Source: Synechococcus sp. A15-24
Lineage (GTDB): Bacteria; Cyanobacteriota; Cyanobacteriia; PCC-6307; Cyanobiaceae
Reading direction: 5' to 3'
Assembly: GCF_014280195.1 (NCBI RefSeq)
Contig: NZ_CP047960.1
Coordinates: 1,800,001 to 1,832,000 of the forward strand
DNA length: 32,000 nucleotides
The notes under the pieces are model-generated. The model saw only the letters and a list, made by a program, of their open reading frames with translations. It ran no database searches and was not told the DNA's origin. Of the stretch, positions 10,737-19,452 are shown one piece after another (position 1 is the first letter of the stretch; every line of letters starts with the position of its first letter). A program made the translations under genes and the position numbers.

Positions 10737-12225
10737 GCCAGGCCTCCTCAGGCACCCGGGCACGAAACTGCTCCACCAGGGCATCGATCACAGCGTCGAT
10801 GCTCATGCCATCGGTCACCAGTTCCACGGCATCAATCGCCTGCACCAGCGGTGCCTCTTCCCTGGTGCTGTCGAGATGATCGCGCTCGGCAATCTGTGCT
10901 TCAAGCTCTGAGCACTCCGGCACCGGAAAGCCCCGTTGTTCCAGGTCCAAGGCCCGGCGACGAGCCCGTTCGGCCACCGTGGCCGTGAGAAACACCTTGA
11001 GATCGGCATCAGGGAACACGGCTGAGCCGATGTCGCGCCCCTCCGCCACCAGGCCACCTTTGGCACCCATCGCTTTCTGTTGAGCCGTGAGCGCTTGCCG
11101 GACGCAGCGGTGAGCGGCCACCACCGACACCGATCCCGTTACCTCAGGAGAACGGATCGCCTGACTGACATCCTCACCATTCACCAACACCTGCTGACCA
11201 CCACCCGGCAGCGACTGAAGCTGCAGATTGAGAGCACGCAGCAACACGTCCACGGCCGCAGCATCCCCGGGTTCCACGCCCCGTTGCTGCACCAGCCACG
11301 TGACGGCGCGATACATCGCTCCGGTGTCCAGGTAAATCAGGCCCAGGCGCTCCGCGAACGCACGGGTCACCGTGCTCTTACCAGCACCGGCAGGGCCATC
11401 GATGGCAACAAGGGGCTGGCGGGTCATCAGAAATGTGTGATCAATCAGGCGTGTCGTCCCGCAGCGCACCGCCGCGGCCAGCAGCGAGAGTGCCGTCTCC
11501 GAGCTGCAGGGCTGCAGGCTTTGGGGATCAACCCTCTCTACATACTCCACCTCGAGGCCAGCAGCTGAGAGCCTCGAGCGGGTGACGTCCAATGGGGTGG
11601 TGCCATCAGCAGCACGCAACGCCGCGGGCAGCGCGGCTGCCTGAAGACGCTGCGCAGGTGACAGGTACTGATTGCGTGAACTCAACGCGAGGCCATCCGC
11701 CTCGCGAACCGTGGCGACCCCGTGGACCTTCACAGGCAACGCACGATCCGCCACCAACTGACGCAGGATCACCAGTTGCTGCCAGTCCTTCTCCCCCAGC
11801 CAGAGACCGGCGGGCTTCGTCAGCTCCAGCAGACGAGCCACCACCGTGACCACCCCATTGAAGTGTCCGGGTCGACCAGCTCCGCACAGATGCTGCTGCA
11901 GCGCTGCAGGTGCCTGGCGAGCCGAATCGGCAGCGGTTCCATCGGGATAGATGGTCTGAACCGTTGGAGCCCAGAGCGCAGCTGCACCGCAGCGATCCGC
12001 CAAAGCCAGGTCGGCCTCCAAGCTGCGCGGATAACGGTCGAAGTCTTCGCCAGGGCAGAACTGAAGGGGATTGACGAACACACTCACCAACACTGGGCCC
12101 TGCTCTGCCGCACGGCGGATCAGCTCCCCATGCCCCTGGTGCAGACCTCCCATGGTCGGGACGAACTGAATGGATTGGCCGAGGCCTGAGCGGAATGCCA
12201 CCAGCTCAGCCTGCGTTGAGAGCAA
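10720..12225 (-). CDS. panC: Bifunctional pantoate--beta-alanine ligase / cytidylate kinase
   Basis: 501 aa. The N-terminal PanC part has VPTMGGLHQGHGELIRRA and SVFVNPLQF. The C-terminal Cmk part has IAIDGPAGAGKSTVTRAFAERLGLIYLDTGAMYRA. This fusion is typical of cyanobacteria. Confidence 0.9.
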   Translation of the reverse strand: MLSTQAELVAFRSGLGQSIQFVPTMGGLHQGHGELIRRAAEQGPVLVSVFVNPLQFCPGEDFDRYPRSLEADLALADRCGAAALWAPTVQTIYPDGTAADSARQAPAALQQHLCGAGRPGHFNGVVTVVARLLELTKPAGLWLGEKDWQQLVILRQLVADRALPVKVHGVATVREADGLALSSRNQYLSPAQRLQAAALPAALRAADGTTPLDVTRSRLSAAGLEVEYVERVDPQSLQPCSSETALSLLAAAVRCGTTRLIDHTFLMTRQPLVAIDGPAGAGKSTVTRAFAERLGLIYLDTGAMYRAVTWLVQQRGVEPGDAAAVDVLLRALNLQLQSLPGGGQQVLVNGEDVSQAIRSPEVTGSVSVVAAHRCVRQALTAQQKAMGAKGGLVAEGRDIGSAVFPDADLKVFLTATVAERARRRALDLEQRGFPVPECSELEAQIAERDHLDSTREEAPLVQAIDAVELVTDGMSIDAVIDALVEQFRARVPEEAWPTPAG

Positions 12226-12233
12226 AGCGGTGG

Positions 12234-12857
12234 TCAGCGCAGCACCTCAAGCTTCACCTGGGCAATCCCGGAACTGATCAGCCCAAGGTTCGAGGCGGCA
12301 CCGTGGCCCAGATCAATGACCCGGTGATCAACAAAGGGGCCTCGGTCGTTGATGCGGATCACCGCAGAGCGGCCGTTCCAGAGATTGGTAACGCGCACTT
12401 TGGTTCCGAACGGCAAGGTGCGGTGAGCTGCCGTCATCGTCCCCTGGCGGTAGATCTCGCCGTTGGCCGTGTGATTTCCGTAGAAACCAGGCCCGTACCA
12501 GCTGGCCTCCCCGGTGATCACGCGCACCACGTCGGGCAGCAGCTTCAGCTTCGGCTCGGGCAGAACCGCCACGGGCGTTGGATCGACCGGTTCCCTCACC
12601 TCATCGGGCGTCAATGTGGCGCTGACGCTGTTGTCATCGCTGCTGTCCGGGTCGAGGTCGTCCTGAACCGACACGTTGGAATCAAGTGGAGCAGCCGTTA
12701 TGGATTGAGCGTCAACGTCCGAGTCGACGGCCAACTCAATTGGATCGAGAGGCTCGAACCAATCCGGATCCTCAAAATCCTGCGCCACCACGGGGAAAAG
12801 AGCTGCACTGGCTGAAATCGCCCCGGACAAACCCAGGAGGGTGAGAACGACAAGCAT
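12234..12857 (-). CDS. rlpA: RlpA-family (double-psi beta-barrel) septal lytic transglycosylase-like lipoprotein
   Basis: 207 aa with an N-terminal signal sequence (MLVVLTLLGLSGAISASA) and a C-terminal DPBB domain (GEASWYGPGFYGNHTANGEIY...VRVTNLWNGRSAVIRINDRGPF). Confidence 0.8.
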   Translation of the reverse strand: MLVVLTLLGLSGAISASAALFPVVAQDFEDPDWFEPLDPIELAVDSDVDAQSITAAPLDSNVSVQDDLDPDSSDDNSVSATLTPDEVREPVDPTPVAVLPEPKLKLLPDVVRVITGEASWYGPGFYGNHTANGEIYRQGTMTAAHRTLPFGTKVRVTNLWNGRSAVIRINDRGPFVDHRVIDLGHGAASNLGLISSGIAQVKLEVLR

Positions 12858-13163
12858 GACGGGCGATCAGCAGGCTCCTGGAAGCAAGGCTCAGAAGCTG
12901 TGCAGACCTCTACAGGCAAATTTGTTTGACGCTAAGAAGTTCGCAACAAACACATCAGCAGGCACCAATCCAGCGGCTGGCACAGCGAATCTGGACACCC
13001 GTGGCGCGCATCAGCCGCTCACAGGCGAGGCCCCTACTGATCCCAAACCAAGGCATCAGCCAGACTTGGTCAAGTCATCAGCGAAACTGATGGCCTCTTG
13101 ATCCGGCTCGTCGACCGTCCCAAGGTCGCTGGGGTTGCAGGATCGATACAGGTTCTTCAGCCC

Positions 13164-14195
13164 ATGGACTACAAGAGTGCTGGCGTTGACGTCGAGGCCG
13201 GGCGCGCCTTTGTTCAACGGATCAAATCGTCCGTCGAAGCAACACACCGCCAGGAGGTGGTCGGTGGTCTGGGGGGCTTCGGCGGCATGATGCGCCTGCC
13301 GGCTGGCCTGCGACAGCCCCTGTTGGTTTCAGGGACTGATGGTGTCGGCACCAAACTCGAATTGGCGCAGGACCATCAAGCCCACCACAACGTTGGGATC
13401 GACCTGGTGGCGATGTGCGTGAACGACGTGATCACATCCGGCGCCCAGCCGCTGTTTTTTCTCGACTACATGGCCACGGGCGCATTAAGCCCTGACGCCA
13501 TGGTTGAGGTAGTTGAGGGCATCGCTGACGGATGCCAGCAGAGCGGCTGCTCATTGCTCGGCGGCGAAACCGCCGAAATGCCTGGCTTCTACCCAGCGGG
13601 TCGCTACGACCTGGCCGGGTTCTGCGTCGCCGTTGTTGAAGAGAGCGAGCTCATTGATGGACATCAGGTTCAACCGGGTGATGCCGTGATCGGCGTGGCC
13701 AGCAGTGGTGCCCACAGCAACGGCTTCAGCCTGGTGCGCCGAGTGCTGGCCCAGGCCAATGCGGATCGATCCACCCTGTACGGACCTGATCAGCGCCCCC
13801 TGATCGACGATCTGCTGAGGCCCACCCAGCTCTACGCCTCGCTGGTGCAGCACCTGCTCAGCAGCAGCCTTCCCATCCATGCCATGGCGCACATCACAGG
13901 TGGAGGACTGCCGGAGAACCTCCCCCGCTGCCTGCCGGCTGGATGTCGCGCCCAGGTGAGCCCAACGAGCTGGGCACGCCCGCCCCTGTTCGACTGGCTC
14001 CAGAGCTCTGGCGGCATTCCGGAGCGTGATCTCTGGCACACCTTCAATCTCGGGATCGGTTTCTGTGTTGTGGTTCCGCAGGATCAAACTGACCGAACCG
14101 TCGCGGCCTGCCGTACCCAGCAGCTCCAGGCCTGGCCGATCGGCAGGATCTTGGAAGGGAACCCTGCAGACGGCGTGATCGGCCTCCCCGACTAA
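13164..14195 (+). CDS. purM: Phosphoribosylformylglycinamidine cyclo-ligase (AIR synthetase)
   Basis: The protein starts [21 protein letters not shown] and contains [12 protein letters not shown] and [10 protein letters not shown] prefer the ATG at 13164 to the upstream track start at 13098. Confidence 0.9.
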   Translation: MDYKSAGVDVEAGRAFVQRIKSSVEATHRQEVVGGLGGFGGMMRLPAGLRQPLLVSGTDGVGTKLELAQDHQAHHNVGIDLVAMCVNDVITSGAQPLFFLDYMATGALSPDAMVEVVEGIADGCQQSGCSLLGGETAEMPGFYPAGRYDLAGFCVAVVEESELIDGHQVQPGDAVIGVASSGAHSNGFSLVRRVLAQANADRSTLYGPDQRPLIDDLLRPTQLYASLVQHLLSSSLPIHAMAHITGGGLPENLPRCLPAGCRAQVSPTSWARPPLFDWLQSSGGIPERDLWHTFNLGIGFCVVVPQDQTDRTVAACRTQQLQAWPIGRILEGNPADGVIGLPD

Positions 14196-14326
14196 CAGGG
14201 GGAATGCATCACTCTCCAAAGAGATTGTTCAAGAGTCCGGAAAAGGGAAAGAACCGTTTAAGGTGATTTCAAGCACTTCGGAGATTTTCTCCGGACGCAG
14301 CGTCGATACATCGGTTTAACAACGTC

Positions 14327-14959
14327 ATGCCGTTTGATAGACCTCAGCGCACCACGCGCAGACGATCCTCTGCTGGTCCAACACCCCCACGCCGCCCGGT
14401 CGTCCCGGCCCATGAGCGTTCCAATGGCCACCGACAATCACCCCGGCCGACCTTCCTCACCCTGAGGGACCACGGCAAGGTTTATGTCGCTGACATGCCT
14501 GATCTGTCCGACGGTCAGCTGTCCCACATCGGCAAAGAAGCCCAGGAAGTCCTCGACAGTCTTGAGCGGCGGATCCACGAACTTGAACAGAGCCTCGATC
14601 AGGGCCCCCAGGATCGGGACACATTGATCAAGGCCTCCACCAAGCGCGACGTCACCCTTCGTTTCCTGCGAGCGATCGATGAGGAAAAAGAACTGCGCAG
14701 CAACAACCCCGCCCTGCGGTCCGCGGCCGGGGAATCCCTGCCCAGGACCTTCCTTGAGGTCGCGAGGCACCGTCTGCCGGGAACCACCTTTGATTCCCTG
14801 CTCCAGGAAGCGCTCAAGGCCTGCGAAGAGAGCCAGGCTGCTGCTGCCCCCATACCACCACCGGAACGGGAGAACGTGATCCCCCTGCGCAGCGAGGCTG
14901 CCGCTGACAGTCTTCCTGTTGTGGTGAGTCCTGCTCCAGACAACGTCGCTGAAGCCTGA
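14327..14959 (+). CDS. Hypothetical protein with an Arg/Pro-rich N-terminus and a helical acidic centre
   Basis: 210-aa ATG ORF whose codon usage matches neighbouring core genes. I recognise no domain. The start is uncertain, and an internal Met at MPDLSDGQ is possible. Confidence 0.55.
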   Translation: MPFDRPQRTTRRRSSAGPTPPRRPVVPAHERSNGHRQSPRPTFLTLRDHGKVYVADMPDLSDGQLSHIGKEAQEVLDSLERRIHELEQSLDQGPQDRDTLIKASTKRDVTLRFLRAIDEEKELRSNNPALRSAAGESLPRTFLEVARHRLPGTTFDSLLQEALKACEESQAAAAPIPPPERENVIPLRSEAAADSLPVVVSPAPDNVAEA

Positions 14960-14963
14960 GGTC

Positions 14964-15959
14964 TTAAGCGCTTTGAAATGGATTGGACGGTGTGCGCACC
15001 GTGCATTGCTGCCGCGCCACGGTCAGCTGATCCAGTTCTGCAGAGGTCAATGACCATTGGAGGGCTCCGGCAACATCCCTCGCTTGATCTGGAGTTCTGA
15101 GGCCTGGGATCGGTGTGGTCCCCTGGGCTCGACACCAGTTGAGGGCCACCTGGGCCATCGAAACACCGCGCTGGCCGGCAATGGCCGCCACACCGGCGCG
15201 AAGTGAGCGGCTGGCAGGCTGCAACCTGGCAATGAGCTGCCGTTGCAGGACGGTTCGCGATCGTCGCTCCCCCTCTGGCGGCATGGTCAGCACACCGAAA
15301 GCAAGCGGGCTGTAGGCCAGCACCTCGATGCCACTCTCACGGCAGAGCTGTCGCAACGCATCAACCTTGGCGTCGCCCGGTGAGAGCAGCGAATACTGCA
15401 CCTGCACACTGCGCAAGGGAACTCCTCGCTCCGCCAGGCGTTGCTGCATCCAGGCCAGCCGTTTCGGGCCGATGTTGGACACCCCGATTTCGCTGATGGA
15501 GCCATCCAGAACGCGATCCGCCAGTCCATCGAGAAGCTGCACCTCCTGCCAGGGGGCGTAGCGAGCAGTGCTCCAGTGCAGCTGCACGCGTCGTAGATGG
15601 CCCTGAAGCCGCTGACGACTCGCCTGAAGCGCCTGATCCAGGCCCCGCCGCCCGAGCCGCCAGGGGAAGGGCGCCAGTTTGGTGGCGATGCAGAGATCCG
15701 CCCTTCGCGTCGCTGGCAGTCGTGCTGCGAACCGCCCCAGCAGCTGTTCACTGCGACCATTGAGCCGCCCGGTGCCGTAGGAATCAGCGGTATCGATCAG
15801 GCCAAGACCCGATGCAAGGGCCTGGCGGAAGGTCTCCTCCAGAAGGCGGTCATCCCGTTCGGCGTCGTACCCCCACAACAGTTGATTGCCCCAGGCCCAG
15901 GTGCCGAATCCGATGCCGTTCAACGCGTCACCTCCTCTGCCCGTCATGATCGCCTCCAT
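14964..15959 (-). CDS. Aldo/keto reductase family oxidoreductase
   Basis: AKR signatures are present: GFGTWAWG, IDTADSYG, ISEIGVSN. The track start 15983 is TTG. The ATG candidates are 15959 and 15947. Confidence 0.85.
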   Translation of the reverse strand: MEAIMTGRGGDALNGIGFGTWAWGNQLLWGYDAERDDRLLEETFRQALASGLGLIDTADSYGTGRLNGRSEQLLGRFAARLPATRRADLCIATKLAPFPWRLGRRGLDQALQASRQRLQGHLRRVQLHWSTARYAPWQEVQLLDGLADRVLDGSISEIGVSNIGPKRLAWMQQRLAERGVPLRSVQVQYSLLSPGDAKVDALRQLCRESGIEVLAYSPLAFGVLTMPPEGERRSRTVLQRQLIARLQPASRSLRAGVAAIAGQRGVSMAQVALNWCRAQGTTPIPGLRTPDQARDVAGALQWSLTSAELDQLTVARQQCTVRTPSNPFQSA

Positions 15960-15971
15960 TGACGGACTCTC

Positions 15972-16133
15972 ATGGCTGAACAACAGACGGCCACTTCCAT
16001 CCCAACAGTGAACCCGCTAGCGGGTGAATCGACAGAACCGGTTGAGGAGCGCATCCTCTGCCAACACTGCCGGCGCACGGCAAGCAACGGCATCCGCTGT
16101 CTCGGCATGTGTGTGGCTGACAGCGACTACTGA
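15972..16133 (+). CDS. Small (53 aa) 4-cysteine protein, C-x2-C-x9-C-x3-C, zinc-ribbon-like
   Basis: Below the ORF-track size cutoff and found by hand: ATG 15972 to TGA 16131-16133, MAEQQTATSIPTVNPLAGESTEPVEERILCQHCRRTASNGIRCLGMCVADSDY. The C-terminal half uses core-like codons (cgc atc ctc tgc, aac ggc atc cgc). I have an unverified recollection of similar C-termini in other picocyanobacteria. The stop overlaps the next ATG (TGATG). Confidence 0.55.
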   Translation: MAEQQTATSIPTVNPLAGESTEPVEERILCQHCRRTASNGIRCLGMCVADSDY

Positions 16134-16615
16134 TGCTGCTGCCGCTTCTGTTGGTGCTGATGGGCGTCCACGTCGCCAGCAGCGATGCAGTCGGCAACGA
16201 CCGTTTCGGCCGATTGGATACGGGCGTGTCCGGCTGTCGTCTGACTCAGGCCGAGCGCTCCATGGGCTGCCAGCGGCTGCAACTCAGCCAAACCAGCACA
16301 ATCGGTCTGCGCATCCGCTTCATCGGCGTCAGTGAAGAGGACCCGGGTCAGACCCACCAGCTGACATTCGTGATGGGCCCTGGCACCGGGGATCCCGTTT
16401 TGAGCTGTCAGAACGGCCGCTGCCGCCTGGCAGCTGCCTCCTGGAGCGGAACCATCACCAGCAGTTCCCTGGTGGTCTTTGATCAACGCGGTCTGCCAAT
16501 CGGCTTGCCGAGCAATCGACCGACCACCGGTGCGTGCAGGATCAACGAACGACGCCTCAACTGCGAGAGTCAGACGCGTGATGGACTGCAACGAAGCGCG
16601 GAGGCCCGGCTGTGA
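16133..16615 (+). CDS. Hypothetical exported protein with a signal peptide and three cysteine pairs
   Basis: 160 aa with an N-terminal MLLPLLLVLMGVHVASS. Third-position G/C is clearly higher in this frame than in the antisense 213-aa ORF. The Cys pairs are C-x10-C, C-x4-C and C-x8-C. The ATG overlaps the stop of the upstream small ORF. Confidence 0.6.
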   Translation: MLLPLLLVLMGVHVASSDAVGNDRFGRLDTGVSGCRLTQAERSMGCQRLQLSQTSTIGLRIRFIGVSEEDPGQTHQLTFVMGPGTGDPVLSCQNGRCRLAAASWSGTITSSSLVVFDQRGLPIGLPSNRPTTGACRINERRLNCESQTRDGLQRSAEARL

Positions 16616-16626
16616 ATATCGATCGA

Positions 16627-16697
16627 AGGCGGCACCCAGATTCGAACTGGGGATAAAGGATTTGCAATCCTCTGCCTTACCACTTGGCCATGCCGCC
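16627..16697 (-). tRNA. tRNA-Cys (anticodon GCA)
   Basis: The minus strand reads GGCGGCATGGCCAAGTGGTAAGGCAGAGGATTGCAAATCCTTTATCCCCAGTTCGAATCTGGGTGCCGCCT. It folds by hand into a cloverleaf with a 7-bp acceptor stem, a 5-bp anticodon stem with loop TTGCAAA, a T arm CCCAG/TTCGAAT/CTGGG, and a U73 discriminator. CCA is not encoded. Confidence 0.95.
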
Positions 16698-16751
16698 GAT
16701 CGGGAACGGCCGTTCCCATCAGGCGATCGTATCAGCCACAACGATGCTGGA

Positions 16752-17972
16752 TTGCTGGTGGTCTGCAATGGCCACGGGGAGGATCTGATCGCTCTGCGGG
16801 TGCTGGAACAACTGCATGCCCAGTGCCCCGCCCTGAAGCTTGAAGTGCTGCCTCTGGTCGGTCAGGGGCGTGTTTTTGACGATGCGATTCAGAAGGGCTG
16901 GCTGCAACGGATCGGTCCAGCGGCCGCCCTCCCCAGCGGAGGGTTCAGCAACCAGAGCATCACTGGATTTCTGGCGGACCTGAAGGCCGGCCTTCCCATG
17001 CTCAGCTGGCAACAGTGGCGCTTGATCGGTAAGCGGGCTCGCGCCGGCCTCAAGCTGCTGGCGATCGGCGATCTCCTCCCCCTGCTGATGGCCTGGAGCA
17101 GTGGCGCCCGCTATGGCTTCATCGGCACCCCGAAGAGCGACTACACCTGGTGCAGCGGCCCTGGCCAGAGCCCCAGCGATCGCTACCACCGGCTGAAAGG
17201 CAGCGAATGGGATCCATGGGAGTGGATGCTGATGCGAGCGGCACGCTGCCGGTTGGTGGCCATGCGCGATGGGTTGACCGCCCGCGGACTCCAGCGCCAT
17301 GGCGTGCGGGCCCTGGCACCGGGCAATCCGATGATGGATGGCCTGACGAACGGTGATGTTCCCGCCAGCCTTGGACGCTGCAGGCGGGTGCTTCTGCTGT
17401 GTGGAAGCCGCGTACCGGAGGCCCTACGGAACTTCAGCCGGCTGCTGGATGGCATCAGCCGGCTGAAGGCCGATCAGCCGATTGCCGTTCTTGTTGCTGT
17501 CGGCAGCCAACCGAGCCTGGATCAACTCGAACCGATCCTTCGCGATCAACAGTTCCGCCGCGGCCTGCCTCCCTCCGACCAGCTCAATGCCGCGGCCTGC
17601 TGGGTGAAGGGACCTCTGCTGGTGCTGATCGGCGTGAAGCGTTTCCAAACCTGGGCCAGCTGGGCGGAAGCTGGCGTGGCCACCGCCGGCACCGCAACGG
17701 AACAACTGGTTGGGCTTGGAATTCCGGCCCTGTCACTGCCGGGGCCGGGGCCACAGTTCCAGTGGCCCTTCGCGCGGCGCCAAAGCCGCCTGCTGGGGGG
17801 AGCTGTGCGCCCCTGCAGCTCCCCGGAGGAGCTCCACGGCAGGCTGCAGCAGCTGCTGGACAACCCGCCGCTGCGGGAACGCCTCGGGCGGATCGGCCAA
17901 CGAAGGATGGGCCCTCCCGGGGGAAGCGCCCGCCTTGCTGCGTTAATCCTTGAACGGCTGCACGGATACTGA
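16752..17972 (+). CDS. Lipid-A-disaccharide synthase-related (cyanobacterial LpxB-like) protein
   Basis: The conserved N-terminus LLVVCNGHGEDLIALRVLEQL begins right after tRNA-Cys. The track ORF (from 16479) runs through the tRNA, so I trimmed it. No in-frame ATG is available. The candidate starts are TTG 16752 and GTG 16758. Confidence 0.7.
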   Translation: MLVVCNGHGEDLIALRVLEQLHAQCPALKLEVLPLVGQGRVFDDAIQKGWLQRIGPAAALPSGGFSNQSITGFLADLKAGLPMLSWQQWRLIGKRARAGLKLLAIGDLLPLLMAWSSGARYGFIGTPKSDYTWCSGPGQSPSDRYHRLKGSEWDPWEWMLMRAARCRLVAMRDGLTARGLQRHGVRALAPGNPMMDGLTNGDVPASLGRCRRVLLLCGSRVPEALRNFSRLLDGISRLKADQPIAVLVAVGSQPSLDQLEPILRDQQFRRGLPPSDQLNAAACWVKGPLLVLIGVKRFQTWASWAEAGVATAGTATEQLVGLGIPALSLPGPGPQFQWPFARRQSRLLGGAVRPCSSPEELHGRLQQLLDNPPLRERLGRIGQRRMGPPGGSARLAALILERLHGY

Positions 17973-17991
17973 AGGACCGCCACTGGGACCC

Positions 17992-18249
17992 ATGGCAGCC
18001 ATTCAGGACTCCGAATACGTCAAAATCTGCGCTCAATTGGCCAGCCGATTGAGCATCAGCCTGGCCAGTGCCCGGCGCCAGGTGGATCAGGCAGCAGCCC
18101 GCGAGGGCAAGCGTGACCTGGAGGGACGACGGGCCATGGCCCAATCCATGCTCACCGCCCTGGACAGCAACGACGGGGGAAGCGTCGAGCGCTTGACCGC
18201 GCTGTTGAGTTCAAGCGAGGGAGACGGCAACTTCATCCTCGAAGACTGA
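17992..18249 (+). CDS. Small hypothetical protein (85 aa)
   Basis: ATG at 17992 (the track start 17950 is non-ATG and overlaps the previous gene). MAAIQDSEYVKICAQLASRLSISLASARRQVDQAAAREGKRDLEGRR... Codon usage is core-like. Confidence 0.5.
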   Translation: MAAIQDSEYVKICAQLASRLSISLASARRQVDQAAAREGKRDLEGRRAMAQSMLTALDSNDGGSVERLTALLSSSEGDGNFILED

Positions 18250-18259
18250 ACGTTGAAGC

Positions 18260-18904
18260 TCAGTGCTCGAAGGTCTGGTTGAAGCGCATCCGATCCAGAT
18301 CCGCGATCACAGGAATGCATCCGAAGCAGCGCTGCGCCAGATCCCAGCGCCCCTCACGCCGCAGCATGGCTTCCAGCTTCTGACGTGCCGGCAGCAGATA
18401 GCGCACATCATTGGCGGCGTAGGCGAGCTGAACATCGCTGAGCTCATCCACCCGGCCCCAGTCGCTGCTCTGGGCACCCTTGTCGAGTTCAACCCCGACC
18501 AGCTCCATCACCAGGTCCTTCAAACCATGGCGGGGTGTGTAGGTGCGACCAAGACGGCTACCCACCTTGGTGCAGAAGATGGGGCTGACGGCGATGCCGA
18601 GGCCGCTGGCCAGCGCTGCCACATCGAAGCGGGCGAAGTGGAAGACCTTTTCCACGGAAGCGGCCTCCAGGAGCCGCTGCAGGTTGGGCGCCGAGGTCTG
18701 ACCAAGCCCGATCCGAATGCAGCAGACCCGATCGTCGGCATCAGCGATCTGAACCAGGCAGAGACGATCGCGGCCATGGATCAGACCCATGGCCTCGGTG
18801 TCCACCGCCAGGGCGGACATGCGCAGGTATCGCTCGGTCCAATCCGCATCCAGATCGCCGTCAAAGACGGCGAATTCAGCGGGAGCAGGAAGCGAATCGG
18901 CCAT
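18260..18904 (-). CDS. rnd: Ribonuclease D-like 3'-5' exonuclease (DEDDy)
   Basis: From Met-65 of the track ORF: MADSLPAPAEFAVFDGDLD... with LAVDTEAMGL (DxE), FHFARFDVAAL and AYAANDVRYL (Y-x3-D). Confidence 0.8.
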   Translation of the reverse strand: MADSLPAPAEFAVFDGDLDADWTERYLRMSALAVDTEAMGLIHGRDRLCLVQIADADDRVCCIRIGLGQTSAPNLQRLLEAASVEKVFHFARFDVAALASGLGIAVSPIFCTKVGSRLGRTYTPRHGLKDLVMELVGVELDKGAQSSDWGRVDELSDVQLAYAANDVRYLLPARQKLEAMLRREGRWDLAQRCFGCIPVIADLDRMRFNQTFEH

Positions 18905-18915
18905 GGGAACACGCA

Positions 18916-19407
18916 GTGAGCAGCTCCAGTGTGGCCAGCGGCAGGCCTGTCGGGACGCCACTGAAATTCCCTCTTGAATCTCAAAATGAGATCGACTTTG
19001 ATGGAACCAGTGCTTCTGTTGCTGTGTTCTCCCGCCGCAAGCCGTCCAGAACCTGCCTGGCCGATATTGAGCAGTACTTTCGCCAGCCACCACCACAGTT
19101 CCTCGACCTGGAACTGGCGGTGTGCTGGGTGCTCGAGTGCCTGCTGAAGGACGACAACTATCCCTCCGGGCTGCTGCAAAAACTGATGCGGGAGGAGCCC
19201 CAGCTGCGGCTTTCCGAGACGGTGCTTCAGCAGGCCTTGGACTTCCTCGAGCAACAGGGTTCCATCAGCACGTACACCCAGCGCTGCCCGAGCCGTGGTC
19301 GCCCCCGCCGGATGCTGCATCTGATGCCGGATGCCAGGGGCCAGGCCGAACAGCTGATGTCCCCGTGGCACAGCTGGCTGGAATCCCACCGGCTGGTGTT
19401 GAACTAA
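18916..19407 (+). CDS. Possible PadR-like winged-helix transcriptional regulator; start codon uncertain
   Basis: The pattern YPSGLLQKLMREEPQLRLSETVLQQALDFLEQQGSISTY...RGRPRRMLHL resembles a PadR wHTH. There is no in-frame ATG before residue 91. GTG candidates lie at 18916, 18931 and further downstream. Confidence 0.45.
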   Translation: MSSSSVASGRPVGTPLKFPLESQNEIDFDGTSASVAVFSRRKPSRTCLADIEQYFRQPPPQFLDLELAVCWVLECLLKDDNYPSGLLQKLMREEPQLRLSETVLQQALDFLEQQGSISTYTQRCPSRGRPRRMLHLMPDARGQAEQLMSPWHSWLESHRLVLN

Positions 19408-19452
19408 CGCGATCAAAGACGGCTTAGAACAGTCCAACTTGAGAGCTGGTTC

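Noticed and set aside
15972-16133. The 53-aa Cys-rich peptide as a RiPP (lanthipeptide/prochlorosin-like) precursor
   Set aside because: There is no adjacent modifying enzyme, protease or ABC exporter, and no Nif11/NHLP-type leader or clear GG cleavage motif. The four-Cys spacing looks more like a metal-binding knuckle. I keep this only as a remote alternative.
16627-16697. tRNA-Cys as the integration site of a genomic island or mobile element
   Set aside because: I found no integrase, transposase or phage-like gene on either side. I also spotted no second copy of the tRNA 3' half (cccagattcgaa / ttcgaatctggg) anywhere in the window. The flanking genes have core-like composition.
16127-16768. 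213-aa minus-strand ORF, the longest ORF in this interval
   Set aside because: It runs straight through the tRNA-Cys gene and has its only Met upstream of the tRNA. It ends in an implausible HQHQQKRQQHQ tail. Its third-position G/C is weaker than that of the plus-strand 160-aa frame, which has a proper signal peptide. I treat it as an antisense shadow ORF.
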